Assembly (NCBI GenBank): GCA_002422165.1
Contig: DITQ01000008.1
Span: forward strand, 125,082-189,081
DNA: 64,000 bases
DNA from: Candidatus Pacebacteria bacterium UBA6180
GTDB taxonomy: Bacteria > Patescibacteriota > Microgenomatia > UBA1400 > PJMF01
Reading direction: 5' to 3'
Positions 38,280-47,282 of the stretch are shown one piece after another. The translations under genes and the position numbers were made by a program. Numbering within the stretch: position 1 is the stretch's first letter; each line of letters opens with the position of its first letter. The notes under the pieces were generated by a model. It was not told where the DNA came from, did no database searches, and worked only from the letters and a program-made list of their open reading frames with translations.

Positions 38280-38675
38280 CTAATGATCATCGTGATGATA
38301 ACCAAGTAAGTGCAGGAGTGCGTGTTCCACGTAGAAGCAAATCTGGTCGTCGACCATTTTTCCGAAGCGCTTGGCTGTTTTGACTGCTTCAGGAAAGCTA
38401 ATAATAATGTCGCCTAGGTGACTGAGTACTCCTTCTGGTAAGGGCATATCTTGCAGTTGGCCTCGATCGTGCTGGGGAAAAGACAAGACGTCAGTCGGCC
38501 CTTGGTGCTTGAGGTGCTGCTCGTTGAGAGTGGTGATTTTTCTGGCCCCGACGATGGAAACGTCCACTTGGACGTTGTCAAGTTTGTGCTCCTTCAGAAC
38601 TCGTTCGACGGTGGCTTTAATTTGCCGTCGACTAACTGGGTAGCGCGAACCGATGAATAAATTAGTTTTGATCAT
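38280..38675 (-). CDS. ybeY: rRNA maturation endoribonuclease YbeY
   Basis: VEHALLHLLGYHHDD (HxxxHxxGxxH zinc motif); about 131 aa. Confidence 0.85.
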   Translation of the reverse strand: MIKTNLFIGSRYPVSRRQIKATVERVLKEHKLDNVQVDVSIVGARKITTLNEQHLKHQGPTDVLSFPQHDRGQLQDMPLPEGVLSHLGDIIISFPEAVKTAKRFGKMVDDQICFYVEHALLHLLGYHHDDH

Positions 38676-39456
38676 GAGAGCTTATTTTAGCAAAATCCAA
38701 AGAAATTGGACCAAGCGGAATTTGGTCTTGCTCGTCATCGACGAAAAGCAACATCACCTTGCCTTTGCTGGCAGGACTCCAAATTTTACCTTCCCGAATC
38801 ACCTCTGGGGAACCGCCAAACTGCTTCTTGACCCACATCGCTGGACCAGCATCAGCGACGACACCCACGACCGCCATTTGTTCGGCTGGATTGATGACGA
38901 TCATTTTGCGAAACTTATACCAGGGCTTAAGCTGCGGATGCTGACTGCTCCAGTCTGGTAGATACATCAGCTGCACTGCAAAATAATACTTCTCTCGCAT
39001 GATTGACTGTTCGGTCAACTGACCATTTTCCGTAAACCAACCAAAAGCTCCACGATTGGGAGCGATGCCTGCTTCCTGGTAGACGTCGTGCTGAATGAGT
39101 TCGTCTCCTGGAAAACGCAACAGATGCTGTTCAGCACCCATGATACCAATGCTGTGATTGAGACGATTGCCTTCAAGCTCAGCTCGCACTTTGAAGCCCA
39201 AGATTTCTGAGAGCTGCTGCTCCAGATAGAGTTCAGTCTCACGCTCCAGATGACCAGCCGGAGAATTAACATGAGCGTTTAACTTGGCCATGATTTCTTG
39301 GTGCTCGGTTTCAGAGATGTCCAGGGCAAGCTCACGAGTTTTTTCATCTAAAACGACGTTCTGCTGGTTATTGCTGGGAGTTGGACTTGTCATCACCACC
39401 TGGCCAGCCATTGCTAGGCCCGCCAAAAATTGCTGGGGTTTGTTTTGGGCAGTCAT
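38662..39456 (-). CDS. Hypothetical protein
   Basis: 264 aa, no recognised motif; sits between gltX and ybeY in a tightly packed minus-strand operon. Confidence 0.5.
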   Translation of the reverse strand: MTAQNKPQQFLAGLAMAGQVVMTSPTPSNNQQNVVLDEKTRELALDISETEHQEIMAKLNAHVNSPAGHLERETELYLEQQLSEILGFKVRAELEGNRLNHSIGIMGAEQHLLRFPGDELIQHDVYQEAGIAPNRGAFGWFTENGQLTEQSIMREKYYFAVQLMYLPDWSSQHPQLKPWYKFRKMIVINPAEQMAVVGVVADAGPAMWVKKQFGGSPEVIREGKIWSPASKGKVMLLFVDDEQDQIPLGPISLDFAKISSHDQN

Positions 39457-39472
39457 ATATTTACTTTTGCAT

Positions 39473-40909
39473 TTATTCTAACTTAGCCAGGGCTTCTTCC
39501 AGACGAGCAATCAATAAATCTCGACCAAGCACTTCCATGGTCTCGAAAAGGGGTGGTGTAGCCTTTTCACCAGTGGCTGCCAGGCGCAACATCATAAAAT
39601 ACTGGCCGCGGTGCCAATTTTCCTGTTCTTGAAGCTGGCGAATTGATGACTCGAGTTGTTGGGTGGACCACTCGCTGATTTTTGCCAGCGCTTCAGTAGT
39701 AGCTCTAAGCTGTGTTTTGACCAAAGCAGCATCAGCTTTTTTGAGTAGTAGAGCACTATCGTAAGCGATTGGCAAGTAAAAAAACTTAGTCAATTCACTA
39801 AAATCAGCCAGAGTCACCAGGCGCTCGTGAATTAAGGGTAAAATGGCCGGTAATTTTTCGACAGGGAAATCAGCTGGGATAAAAGGCTGAAGACGTTCCT
39901 GCAGCTCTTCACTAGACAACTTACGGATATAGACGCCATTGAGCCAATTGAGCTTAACCAGATCGAAAGCAACACTATTGCTACTCAAATCACTGGGTTC
40001 AAATTCTTGAATATATTCCTCTAGAGAGATCACTTCTTCCTGATCTTTTTTTGCCCAACCAAGAATCATGAAAAAATTAAGCATCGCTTCTGGTAGATAG
40101 CCACGATCTAAAAATGACCCTGCTGAAACCATGCCTTTGCGTTTGCTCATCTTACCCTTGCCATCAGGGTTAAGAAAGACTGGAATATGAGCGAAAACCG
40201 GCTTGGGCCAGCCAAAAGCCTGGTAAAGCAGTACGTGCTTGGGAGTGGAACTAATCCACTCTTCGCCCCGCATGATGTGGCTTATTTTCATCAAGTAATC
40301 ATCAATTACCACCGCCAAATGATAGGTCGGGTAGCCATCTGACTTAAGCAAAACTTGATCATCAATCAAATTGGAATTGAAGCTAATTTCCCCTCGCAAC
40401 AGATCAATAAAAGAAATTTCCTGATCTTCTGGAACTTTGAGGCGAATGACATAAGATTCTCCAGCAGCAATTTTAGCTTGTGCTTGTTCTGGCGATAAAT
40501 GGCGACAATGACGATCGTAACGCGGTGCTTGTTTGGCGGCAATTTGTTGCTCTTTGACTTCTGCCAGGCGTTCCTTGGAACAAAAACAGTAGTAAGCCTG
40601 GCTATTACCAATCAGGGTTTGCACTTCACGCTGATAGATCGCCAAGCGCTCTGACTGGATGTAGGGCCCATAGGAGCCATCTTTGCCCGGCCCCTCATCC
40701 CAATCCAAGCCATAGCGACGGATGATCTCCTGAATTGCCGCCACACCTCCCTCAACTTCTCTTTCTTTGTCGGTGTCCTCGATGCGCAAGATAAATTGCC
40801 CACCATGCTTTTTGGCATAGGCGTAGTTCTTGAGTAAAGTGGCCATGCTACCAACATGCATTTCGCCGGTTGGACTAGGGGCCATTCTGGTTCTGACGAT
40901 ATTATTCAT
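39473..40909 (-). CDS. gltX: Glutamyl-tRNA synthetase
   Basis: RMAPSPTGEMHVGSMATLL (HIGH), ...GKGKMSKRKG (KMSKS), 478 aa. Confidence 0.9.
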   Translation of the reverse strand: MNNIVRTRMAPSPTGEMHVGSMATLLKNYAYAKKHGGQFILRIEDTDKEREVEGGVAAIQEIIRRYGLDWDEGPGKDGSYGPYIQSERLAIYQREVQTLIGNSQAYYCFCSKERLAEVKEQQIAAKQAPRYDRHCRHLSPEQAQAKIAAGESYVIRLKVPEDQEISFIDLLRGEISFNSNLIDDQVLLKSDGYPTYHLAVVIDDYLMKISHIMRGEEWISSTPKHVLLYQAFGWPKPVFAHIPVFLNPDGKGKMSKRKGMVSAGSFLDRGYLPEAMLNFFMILGWAKKDQEEVISLEEYIQEFEPSDLSSNSVAFDLVKLNWLNGVYIRKLSSEELQERLQPFIPADFPVEKLPAILPLIHERLVTLADFSELTKFFYLPIAYDSALLLKKADAALVKTQLRATTEALAKISEWSTQQLESSIRQLQEQENWHRGQYFMMLRLAATGEKATPPLFETMEVLGRDLLIARLEEALAKLE

Positions 40910-40931
40910 GGTAGATATTCTAGCATCATTT

Positions 40932-42026
40932 CTATCTGGTGGCTGACCGACTCAAGTAATTTGGATCAATCGCTGGCACCATGGCGAAAAAATTATTGTC
41001 ACCCTTGAAAACATAAATGGGTTGCAAATATTTTTGCTCTTCAAAGCTATCATAGTAAGCCAATTCAAACTCTCGCACCACTGCCTCCTGAAGATTCTCG
41101 CCGCCAATCACATAAGCTTCGCCTGACTGAACTAAATTCCAGGCCGAGCGAGCACTCCGCAGAGGATAAGTTTCGAAATTTAAATAATCCACCCGACGAT
41201 AATAATAATTCATCTCAACAATCGAATTATTTCCAGAAAAAGCCGCGCTCAGCTTGGCTGAAATAATGCCTCGCTGCGGATCGCTGGTATAAACTTTGTA
41301 AACCTGATCAATAGGGCTGCGGTTGAGGTCAATTTGCAAAAAATTGGCGTCAGAGAGCGAAAAAGCAGTCTTGAGTTCCCCACCAATAGAGCGTAAAAAG
41401 GTCACTTGACCAGAGCCAGTGGCAATATCTGCCTCCAGTAAGCTGCCTGTTCCAGCAAACTTCCTAACTCGGTCGATAGCTTCAAACTCTTCTGGCAAAC
41501 GCCCACTAGTCGTCAACAGGTCTGGCCTAGAAAGAAAATTACTCTCCATCGAAAAAGTGAAGTCAACTGCACTAATTTCGAAGCTCATGTCGAGCGGGGT
41601 GTTTTTGGTGAAGCGATAAGTTTGATCGGCAATCAGCTCTGGCGCAAAAATAAAACCGTAGTTGGAAGCAATTTGTTTAACCCGATCATCAGCCAATAAA
41701 TTAGCGCTTGATTTGGTAACCAAGAAAACCTTGGCTCGATCAGTAACTTCGCGAATGCCAAAGGGCATCTCTAGAGTGTAAGAAGCTGGCTTATCAGCTT
41801 CATCTTGAGGAGGAAATTGCAAATTTGGCAAAATACCAAAGCCAACCGTTGGTGGCGGAGGCGGCTCAGGATGAGTGGCCTTCCAATAAGCAACAAAAGC
41901 ATTGAGTAAAACTCGACCAACCATCAAAAACACCAAAAAAGCCAAGCCATATCTCACTAGCATCCGTCCAGCATAATTGATGTTAGTTAGATTGGGTCCA
42001 GAAGAGTTGGTTGCTTGGCTCGGCAT
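40932..42026 (-). CDS. Membrane-anchored extracytoplasmic protein (hypothetical)
   Basis: N-terminal TM (LAFLVFLMVGRVLLNAFVAYW), then EPPPPPT and about 300 aa of extracellular domain. Confidence 0.5.
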   Translation of the reverse strand: MPSQATNSSGPNLTNINYAGRMLVRYGLAFLVFLMVGRVLLNAFVAYWKATHPEPPPPPTVGFGILPNLQFPPQDEADKPASYTLEMPFGIREVTDRAKVFLVTKSSANLLADDRVKQIASNYGFIFAPELIADQTYRFTKNTPLDMSFEISAVDFTFSMESNFLSRPDLLTTSGRLPEEFEAIDRVRKFAGTGSLLEADIATGSGQVTFLRSIGGELKTAFSLSDANFLQIDLNRSPIDQVYKVYTSDPQRGIISAKLSAAFSGNNSIVEMNYYYRRVDYLNFETYPLRSARSAWNLVQSGEAYVIGGENLQEAVVREFELAYYDSFEEQKYLQPIYVFKGDNNFFAMVPAIDPNYLSRSATR

Positions 42027-42028
42027 AG

Positions 42029-43021
42029 CTAGTCGTTATTGTACTCGTTTTCCTGTAGTTTTTGCCACTCGTAATTGTTAAAAATCCAAGCCAACAACTT
42101 ACTAGTATCGAGATAACGATCTTGACTATTCATTAGGCTAATTAAAATCTGCTGACCCTCTCTCTCGACAAGAGTAATCAGAACTTCACCAGCCAACTCG
42201 GTTGTGCCTGTCTTGACACCTCTCACTCCGCGAATTCTACCAAGCAGCTGATTGGTGTTGTACAAATCATAAGTCCAACCCTGATCTGGATTGGCAATCC
42301 GCTTGTATGGTGTGGCTACTAATTCTCGAAGGTAAGGTTGTTTGAGCAACTCTCGAGCGATAAGATTGAGTTCTCGAGCGGTGCTAAGCTGACCATCCTC
42401 ATCCAGTCCGGCTGGATTGCTAAAATGAGTCTCCACTAAACCTAGCTGCTGCGCCTTTTGATTCATAGCTGCAACAAAACCAGTCGAACCGGTAGGGTAA
42501 TTGTTGGCCAAAACGTAGGCACTGTCGTTGGCCGAATTAATTAGTAAAGCAGCCAAGAGATCAGCGGTCGTAATTTGCTGACCAGGATCTAGAGACAGCT
42601 TGGTGCCAAGAGTGGTAGCGGCCTCGCTAGCAACTAATAATGCTTGATTTAAATCAAAAGTATCTATAGCCACCAAAGCAGTCATCATTTTGCTAGTTGA
42701 GGCGGGATAAAGCCCCTGGTCGGCGTTTTTCTCGTAGAGCAAAGTCATTGAAGTCAAGTCAACGACGTAAGCAGCGGTAGCACTAATTTCTAGAGTTTGC
42801 TCCGTCAAACCTGAAGCGCGCAAAATGGGCAATTCCTCAATTGTTGCCAATTCCAACTCATAACTCAATATCTGCTGCTGTGGGTAGAAAAAAAACAAAT
42901 AGAAAGAAACAAAGAGCGAAACAAACAGCAATAAAACAAGAATAAAATTAAATTTTTTCACTAATTCATTGTAACAAAAATCTCTTAGGCTAGTTGCATA
43001 ATTTTGGAAGTTTGACCACAA
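42029..43021 (-). CDS. D-alanyl-D-alanine carboxypeptidase (peptidase S11, PBP5-like)
   Basis: N-terminal TM; SxxK active-site motif in YPASTSKMMTALVAID; ...SANDSAYVLAN (SxN). Confidence 0.8.
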   Translation of the reverse strand: MWSNFQNYATSLRDFCYNELVKKFNFILVLLLFVSLFVSFYLFFFYPQQQILSYELELATIEELPILRASGLTEQTLEISATAAYVVDLTSMTLLYEKNADQGLYPASTSKMMTALVAIDTFDLNQALLVASEAATTLGTKLSLDPGQQITTADLLAALLINSANDSAYVLANNYPTGSTGFVAAMNQKAQQLGLVETHFSNPAGLDEDGQLSTARELNLIARELLKQPYLRELVATPYKRIANPDQGWTYDLYNTNQLLGRIRGVRGVKTGTTELAGEVLITLVEREGQQILISLMNSQDRYLDTSKLLAWIFNNYEWQKLQENEYNND

Positions 43022-43650
43022 ACAACTACCAAGTCTTCTTTTTGAAAAATTAAGCTCTTATCTGGATTAGTGATAATTTCCTTGCCTCTTTTAATAGCTG
43101 CCAACATCAAATCATGTTTCTTAAAAACTTCTATTTCAGCCACTTGCTTCCCCAGCCAAGATTCTAAAACCACCAATTCGACAAAGCGAAAATCTGGAGT
43201 CAATTCCAAAGAATCAATGACTTTGTTGGAATATAGGCTAAGCGCAACTTTTCTTCCCATTTCTCGCTCAACCGTCACTACCCAATCGGCACCAATTTTT
43301 TGCAAAATTTTCTCATGCAAATCATCAGCTGCCTTGGACACTACATATTTGGCTCCCAATTCTTTAAGTAAAGTGGTTATTAAAACACTAGATTCAATAT
43401 CGTGTCCAATGGCCACCACCACCGCATCAAAATGAGCTAAGCCTAAAGATTCCAAAAAATCTTCATCGTGAATGTTGCCTGCCATGGCCTCAGTGACATC
43501 CTCGCTAATCTTGCTGACTTTTTCAAAATCTTCATCGACAGCCACCACTTCACAATCCATTTTCATCATGTTTCTAGCGAAGCTGGAACCAAAACGTCCC
43601 AGACCAATCACTAGAAAAGACTTCTTTTTTAAAGTTTTTTTTACAAACAT
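42985..43650 (-). CDS. trkA: Potassium uptake protein TrkA/KtrA (RCK NAD-binding domain)
   Basis: FLVIGLGRFGSSFARNMMKMDCEVVAVDEDFEKV (GxGxxG Rossmann). Confidence 0.85.
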   Translation of the reverse strand: MFVKKTLKKKSFLVIGLGRFGSSFARNMMKMDCEVVAVDEDFEKVSKISEDVTEAMAGNIHDEDFLESLGLAHFDAVVVAIGHDIESSVLITTLLKELGAKYVVSKAADDLHEKILQKIGADWVVTVEREMGRKVALSLYSNKVIDSLELTPDFRFVELVVLESWLGKQVAEIEVFKKHDLMLAAIKRGKEIITNPDKSLIFQKEDLVVVCGQTSKIMQLA

Positions 43651-44981
43651 ATGTCTGCTTTCGGATATTTTTTAATTACATTGTGCCTTTTAGTATAAAA
43701 GATTAAACCATAAAGCAACACATAGAGACCAACTCGACCCATAAACATAAGGAAAATCAGCACTATTTTACCCAAAATTGATAAATCAGCTGTCAAGCCC
43801 ATGGACAACCCAACTGTTCCCATGGCAGAAACTGCTTCAAATAAAGCGTTTAAAAAAGGAGGATTATCAAAAATCTCCAAAGCTATCAAACCAACAATGA
43901 TCAATAAAAAACTAATTGCAGCCAAACTTAATCCTCTAAAAGCTGTTTTAAGGTCAATATTCTTTTTCATCACTTGCAAGGATAAATCCCCCCTTATCGT
44001 GCCCCACAACATCAAAAAAAGCACTAAGGCCACGGTCACCTTGATACCCCCAGCTGTAGAAGCTGGCGAACCACCAATAAACATCAGGCCCATTAAAACT
44101 GTTAAGGACGGCTTGCTCATAGTCGATAGATCATAAACACTAAAACCTGCTGTTCTGGCACTAACGCTGTGAAAAATTGACTCACGCAAATGCGAAACTT
44201 GATTCGTCATCGCAAGTCGATTGCTACTTTCTAAAAACCAAAAAGCTAAAGCGCCTAAAATTATAAGTAAAATGTTTGCAATTAGCACCACCCGACTGTG
44301 AAAAGATATTTGATGAGTTGACCTTTTTTTAATTTTTTCCAGTAAATCGAGCCAAACTGGAAAACCCAGCCCGCCCAAAACAATTAAAAACATCACTATT
44401 TCCAAAGCAAAACCAATTCCAAGTAAAGGCTCCGCACTAGTGCCAAGCCCAAAAATATCAAAGCCAGCATTCGCAAAAGCTGAAACAGCGTGAAAGATAC
44501 CGTGCCAAAGTGAGAAATTGAAGTCAAATCCGTGCAGCAAAAAATTGAGAGTTAATAGCGACGCTCCAAAAAATTCAATCAAAAAAACATAGCGCACTAC
44601 TATTTTTAGCACTTTGACTACTTCGCCTTTATTGCCAAAACCTAAGTTATCTCCGAGTAACATTCGGTCAGCATAATAAAAACGTTGTCCCAATAAATAG
44701 GCTATGTATCCACCTATTGTTACAACTCCTAATGCTCCTGTCTGAATCAACAATAAAATCACTAGTTGACCAAAAAATGACCAGTGACTACCGGTTTCCA
44801 CCACAGCCAAACCAGTTACAAACAAAGCAGAAGCGCTGGTAAAAAGAGCATCGATGAAAGTGGTGTTAAAACCTGCCTGAGTCGCCCATGGCTGACTAAG
44901 CAAAAAAGCTCCCAAAAGCATGGTCAACAAAAATGCCAAAATAACTAGTAAAAAAGGATTAATCCTCTTATTTTTTACCAT
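43641..44981 (-). CDS. trkH: Potassium transporter TrkH/KtrB
   Basis: 446 aa polytopic protein with repeated TxGxxG-like pore loops (FVTGLAVVETG, TVGLSMG). Confidence 0.8.
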   Translation of the reverse strand: MVKNKRINPFLLVILAFLLTMLLGAFLLSQPWATQAGFNTTFIDALFTSASALFVTGLAVVETGSHWSFFGQLVILLLIQTGALGVVTIGGYIAYLLGQRFYYADRMLLGDNLGFGNKGEVVKVLKIVVRYVFLIEFFGASLLTLNFLLHGFDFNFSLWHGIFHAVSAFANAGFDIFGLGTSAEPLLGIGFALEIVMFLIVLGGLGFPVWLDLLEKIKKRSTHQISFHSRVVLIANILLIILGALAFWFLESSNRLAMTNQVSHLRESIFHSVSARTAGFSVYDLSTMSKPSLTVLMGLMFIGGSPASTAGGIKVTVALVLFLMLWGTIRGDLSLQVMKKNIDLKTAFRGLSLAAISFLLIIVGLIALEIFDNPPFLNALFEAVSAMGTVGLSMGLTADLSILGKIVLIFLMFMGRVGLYVLLYGLIFYTKRHNVIKKYPKADICL

Positions 44982-44987
44982 ACCAAA

Positions 44988-46385
44988 TTAAGCAACCTTG
45001 ATCCCCAATTCTTTGAGCTGTTCTACACTAACTTCGCTGGGCGCCTCCATAATGGAGGTGTGACCAGTCGAATTCATCGGAAAAGCAATTGTTTCCTTGA
45101 GAGAAGTTTCGCCAGCAAGCAACATCACTAGACGATCAAGTCCGAGAGCAATGCCTCCGTGGGGCGGAGTACCAAGCTTGAAAGCCTCTAGCATGTGGCC
45201 TATGCTTGCTTCGATTTCCTGGTCAGAGTAACCCATAATTTTAAATGTTTGCTTGAGCACTTCTGGTTCGTGAGCGCGGATGCTGCCACCGCCAGCTTCG
45301 TAGCCATTGCAGACCAGATCGTACTGAGCGGTAATAATCTTGTCGATGTTCTCGCCAGCTAGATGGTCAGCAAGTGACTCATCGATGGGGCGGGAAAAAG
45401 GGTTGTGAGTGAAGGTCCAGCCACTCTTACCGTCGCGCACTTCGGCAATGTCTTTTTTATCGACTTTTTTGAAAAATGGAAAACGCACTACCCAAGCGAA
45501 AGCGAGCACGCCAGCTGCTTTCTCTTCTTGCGAGCGCAGGTCGAACTTGTCGGCGCCGTGCTGGGCGATGGCATCTTCATAATTGATGACGGGGAAATTT
45601 TCTTGCTGGAGCTGGCCACCAACTTTCTTGACCGCGTTTTTGACGATTTCTTCGACGTGCGCCATCAGTTCCTCCTGAGTGACGAAGCTCATCTCGAGAT
45701 CAAGCTGAGTAAATTCAAAACCGCGATCAGCTCGCAGATCTTCGTCTCGGATACAACGAGCAAACTGATAGTAATTCTCTACACCAGCAGTCATCAAGAG
45801 CTGCTTATACTGCTGCGGACTCTGCGGCAGGGCATAAAATTTACCCGGGTTGAAACGCGAAGGGACGATGAAGTCCCGAGCGCCTTCCTTGGTGGACTTG
45901 GTCAACATCGGAGTTTCGACTTCGGTGAAATCTTTTTTTTCGAGCTGTTCACGCAGCGCCTGATAAAACTTGGAGCGCAGACGCACAATTTTTTGCATCC
46001 GTTCTCGACGCAAGTCGAGGTAGCGATACTTGAGACGCATTTCCTCGTTGACCTCGCGGCCGTCGCCTTCCACGAGAATCGGTAGCTCGGCTGACTTATT
46101 GAGGATTTGGTAGCTTTCGACAAAAATTTCGATGCTGCCAGTTGGTAAATTGGGGTTGACGGATTTCTCTTGGCGCTGATTAATGACACCAATCAACTCG
46201 ACCACTGACTCAGTGCTTAAGTCGCTCAACTTGCCTTGGATGCCCACTGCTTGAATTTTACCAGTGCGGTCACGCAGGTCGATAAAAGTGACCTTGCCGT
46301 GATCCCTTTTGGAATCAACCCAGCCACAGAGGCGGACGGTTTGGCCAATTTGCGCTAGAGTGTCGAGGACGAGAGTGCGGTGCAT
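44988..46385 (-). CDS. aspS: Aspartyl-tRNA synthetase, short form lacking the bacterial GAD insertion
   Basis: Class II: RYLDLR, FYALPQSPQQYKQLLM (AspRS QSPQ motif), FRDEDLRADR, TPPHGGIALGLDRLVMLL; 465 aa. Confidence 0.85.
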   Translation of the reverse strand: MHRTLVLDTLAQIGQTVRLCGWVDSKRDHGKVTFIDLRDRTGKIQAVGIQGKLSDLSTESVVELIGVINQRQEKSVNPNLPTGSIEIFVESYQILNKSAELPILVEGDGREVNEEMRLKYRYLDLRRERMQKIVRLRSKFYQALREQLEKKDFTEVETPMLTKSTKEGARDFIVPSRFNPGKFYALPQSPQQYKQLLMTAGVENYYQFARCIRDEDLRADRGFEFTQLDLEMSFVTQEELMAHVEEIVKNAVKKVGGQLQQENFPVINYEDAIAQHGADKFDLRSQEEKAAGVLAFAWVVRFPFFKKVDKKDIAEVRDGKSGWTFTHNPFSRPIDESLADHLAGENIDKIITAQYDLVCNGYEAGGGSIRAHEPEVLKQTFKIMGYSDQEIEASIGHMLEAFKLGTPPHGGIALGLDRLVMLLAGETSLKETIAFPMNSTGHTSIMEAPSEVSVEQLKELGIKVA

Positions 46386-46396
46386 AGATGAGGAAT

Positions 46397-46402
46397 ATTA
46401 TA
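46397..46402 (-). promoter_or_regulatory. Perfect TATAAT -10 hexamer 11 nt upstream of the aspS ATG (minus strand)
   Basis: Minus-strand reading cccTTATAATattcctcatctATG. No SD between it and the start, implying a near-leaderless aspS mRNA. Confidence 0.35.
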
Positions 46403-46478
46403 AGGGAGAAGGTGGGGAAAAGGTAGAGGAGGTGGGGAAAGATTCACCCCGACCCTTACGGGTCGGGGGGGTTGGAGG

Positions 46479-46583
46479 CTATCGGGGGCGATCAGGGCAT
46501 TTGCTTGACTTGTGGTCTCCCCCACAATGAATGCAAACACTTTCACACACCCAAATGACCAAACTTAAAATTAAGTTTTTCAT
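46479..46583 (-). CDS. Small Cys-rich peptide (34 aa), hypothetical
   Basis: Minus strand AAAGGAGGcctaaaaATG: strong SD with a 7-nt spacer. Peptide MKNLILSLVIWVCESVCIHCGGDHKSSKCPDRPR*. Followed by a perfect 9-bp GC hairpin with a GTAA loop. Below the track size cut-off. Confidence 0.45.
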   Translation of the reverse strand: MKNLILSLVIWVCESVCIHCGGDHKSSKCPDRPR

Positions 46584-46744
46584 TTTTAGGCCTCCTTTCT
46601 TTAGGATGTCCTTCCTTGCGGAAGAAACTCCCCTCGAGTACTGAAGCGCAGGCGCCTCAGCCCCTGGGGGGATTCCTCAATCTTCGAAATTCAAAATCTG
46701 AAGAATCCACCCTGGAGAAAAAACCTTTTTAATGTGCCCTAAAA

Positions 46745-46790
46745 CAAAAAATCCCGCTTATCTAGGCGGGGTTTAGTTTTTTTTGCTTTT
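46745..46790. terminator. Bidirectional intrinsic terminator-like hairpin (CCCGC-ttatctag-GCGGG) flanked by an A-run and a T-run
   Basis: Stem 46752-46756 / 46765-46769. T-rich tract tttagttttttttgcttttttct follows on the plus strand; an A-run upstream gives a U-tract on the minus strand. Confidence 0.55.
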
Positions 46791-47148
46791 TTCTGTTACG
46801 CAACTACAACACCCCGCAAATCCTTGCGCAAAAAGGCGACAATAAATCTGAGGTGATAATTACTTGATAGCATGGGGTTTATTATAAGAAACACTCATAA
46901 TATTGCAAGTCGCAATTTTTGCATGTGTTAGCTTACTCTTCATCTTGCCCTGATTTTTTCTTTTGCGCTATCTCATCTTTTTCTCTACGTTTCATGTGGC
47001 AACGACTATCGTGGGGCTTGAGAGATTTAATATATAGTCAATAAACTATCCTCATCTCCAGAATAAAGATTTCTAAGCTCATCAGGAATCATCCTCTCAG
47101 CCTCAACAGCGCTAGGAGTAGACCATCTTTTTTCCACATACTAAGATC

Positions 47149-47176
47149 AAAAAACCCGCCTCTCTTTGGACGGGTG
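47149..47176. terminator. Terminator-like hairpin (CCCGCC...GACGGG) with flanking A-run and T-rich tract
   Basis: Folds best on the minus-strand RNA (CCCGUC-caaagaga-GGCGGG + UUUUUU). On the plus strand there is one C.A mismatch followed by a U-rich tract. Confidence 0.45.
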
Positions 47177-47240
47177 TTCCTATTTGTGTTTGTTTAATTT
47201 ATATTTTTACAACCAATTTCGCACCAGCTGTTTTTTGCTT

Positions 47241-47269
47241 TGCAAAAAGCAGAGAGCAGAAATATAATC
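47241..47269 (+). promoter_or_regulatory. Sigma70-like promoter TTGCAA-17nt-TATAAT for the hydrolase gene
   Basis: TTGCAA at 47241-47246 and TATAAT at 47264-47269. Predicted TSS near 47276, ATG at 47283, no SD, so a short-leader mRNA. Confidence 0.55.
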
Positions 47270-47282
47270 AGCCTAGCAAAAA

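Noticed and set aside
45405-46192. 226-aa ORF antisense to aspS (45405-46085) and 96-aa ORF at 45902-46192
   Set aside because: The opposite strand encodes a complete class-II AspRS with all three motifs; the antisense translation is low-complexity and motif-free.
46309-46546. Track ORFs 46309-46530 (+) and 46355-46546 (-), Gly/Pro-rich
   Set aside because: These translate GC-rich hairpin DNA (GGTGGGG repeats); there is no SD, and the second starts at GTG. The shorter SD-preceded 34-aa ORF at 46479-46583 is the more credible coding feature here.
46386-47282. Looked for tmRNA, RNase P RNA, SRP RNA, 6S RNA or a T-box leader in the 0.9-kb gap upstream of aspS
   Set aside because: No tRNA-like 3' end (GGTTCGANTCC...CCA), no P4/AGGAAAGUCCGG, no SRP AGCAGCCA-type motif and no T-box AGGGUGG...ACCGCG box seen by eye. 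It is left as an unclassified structured region pending an Rfam scan.
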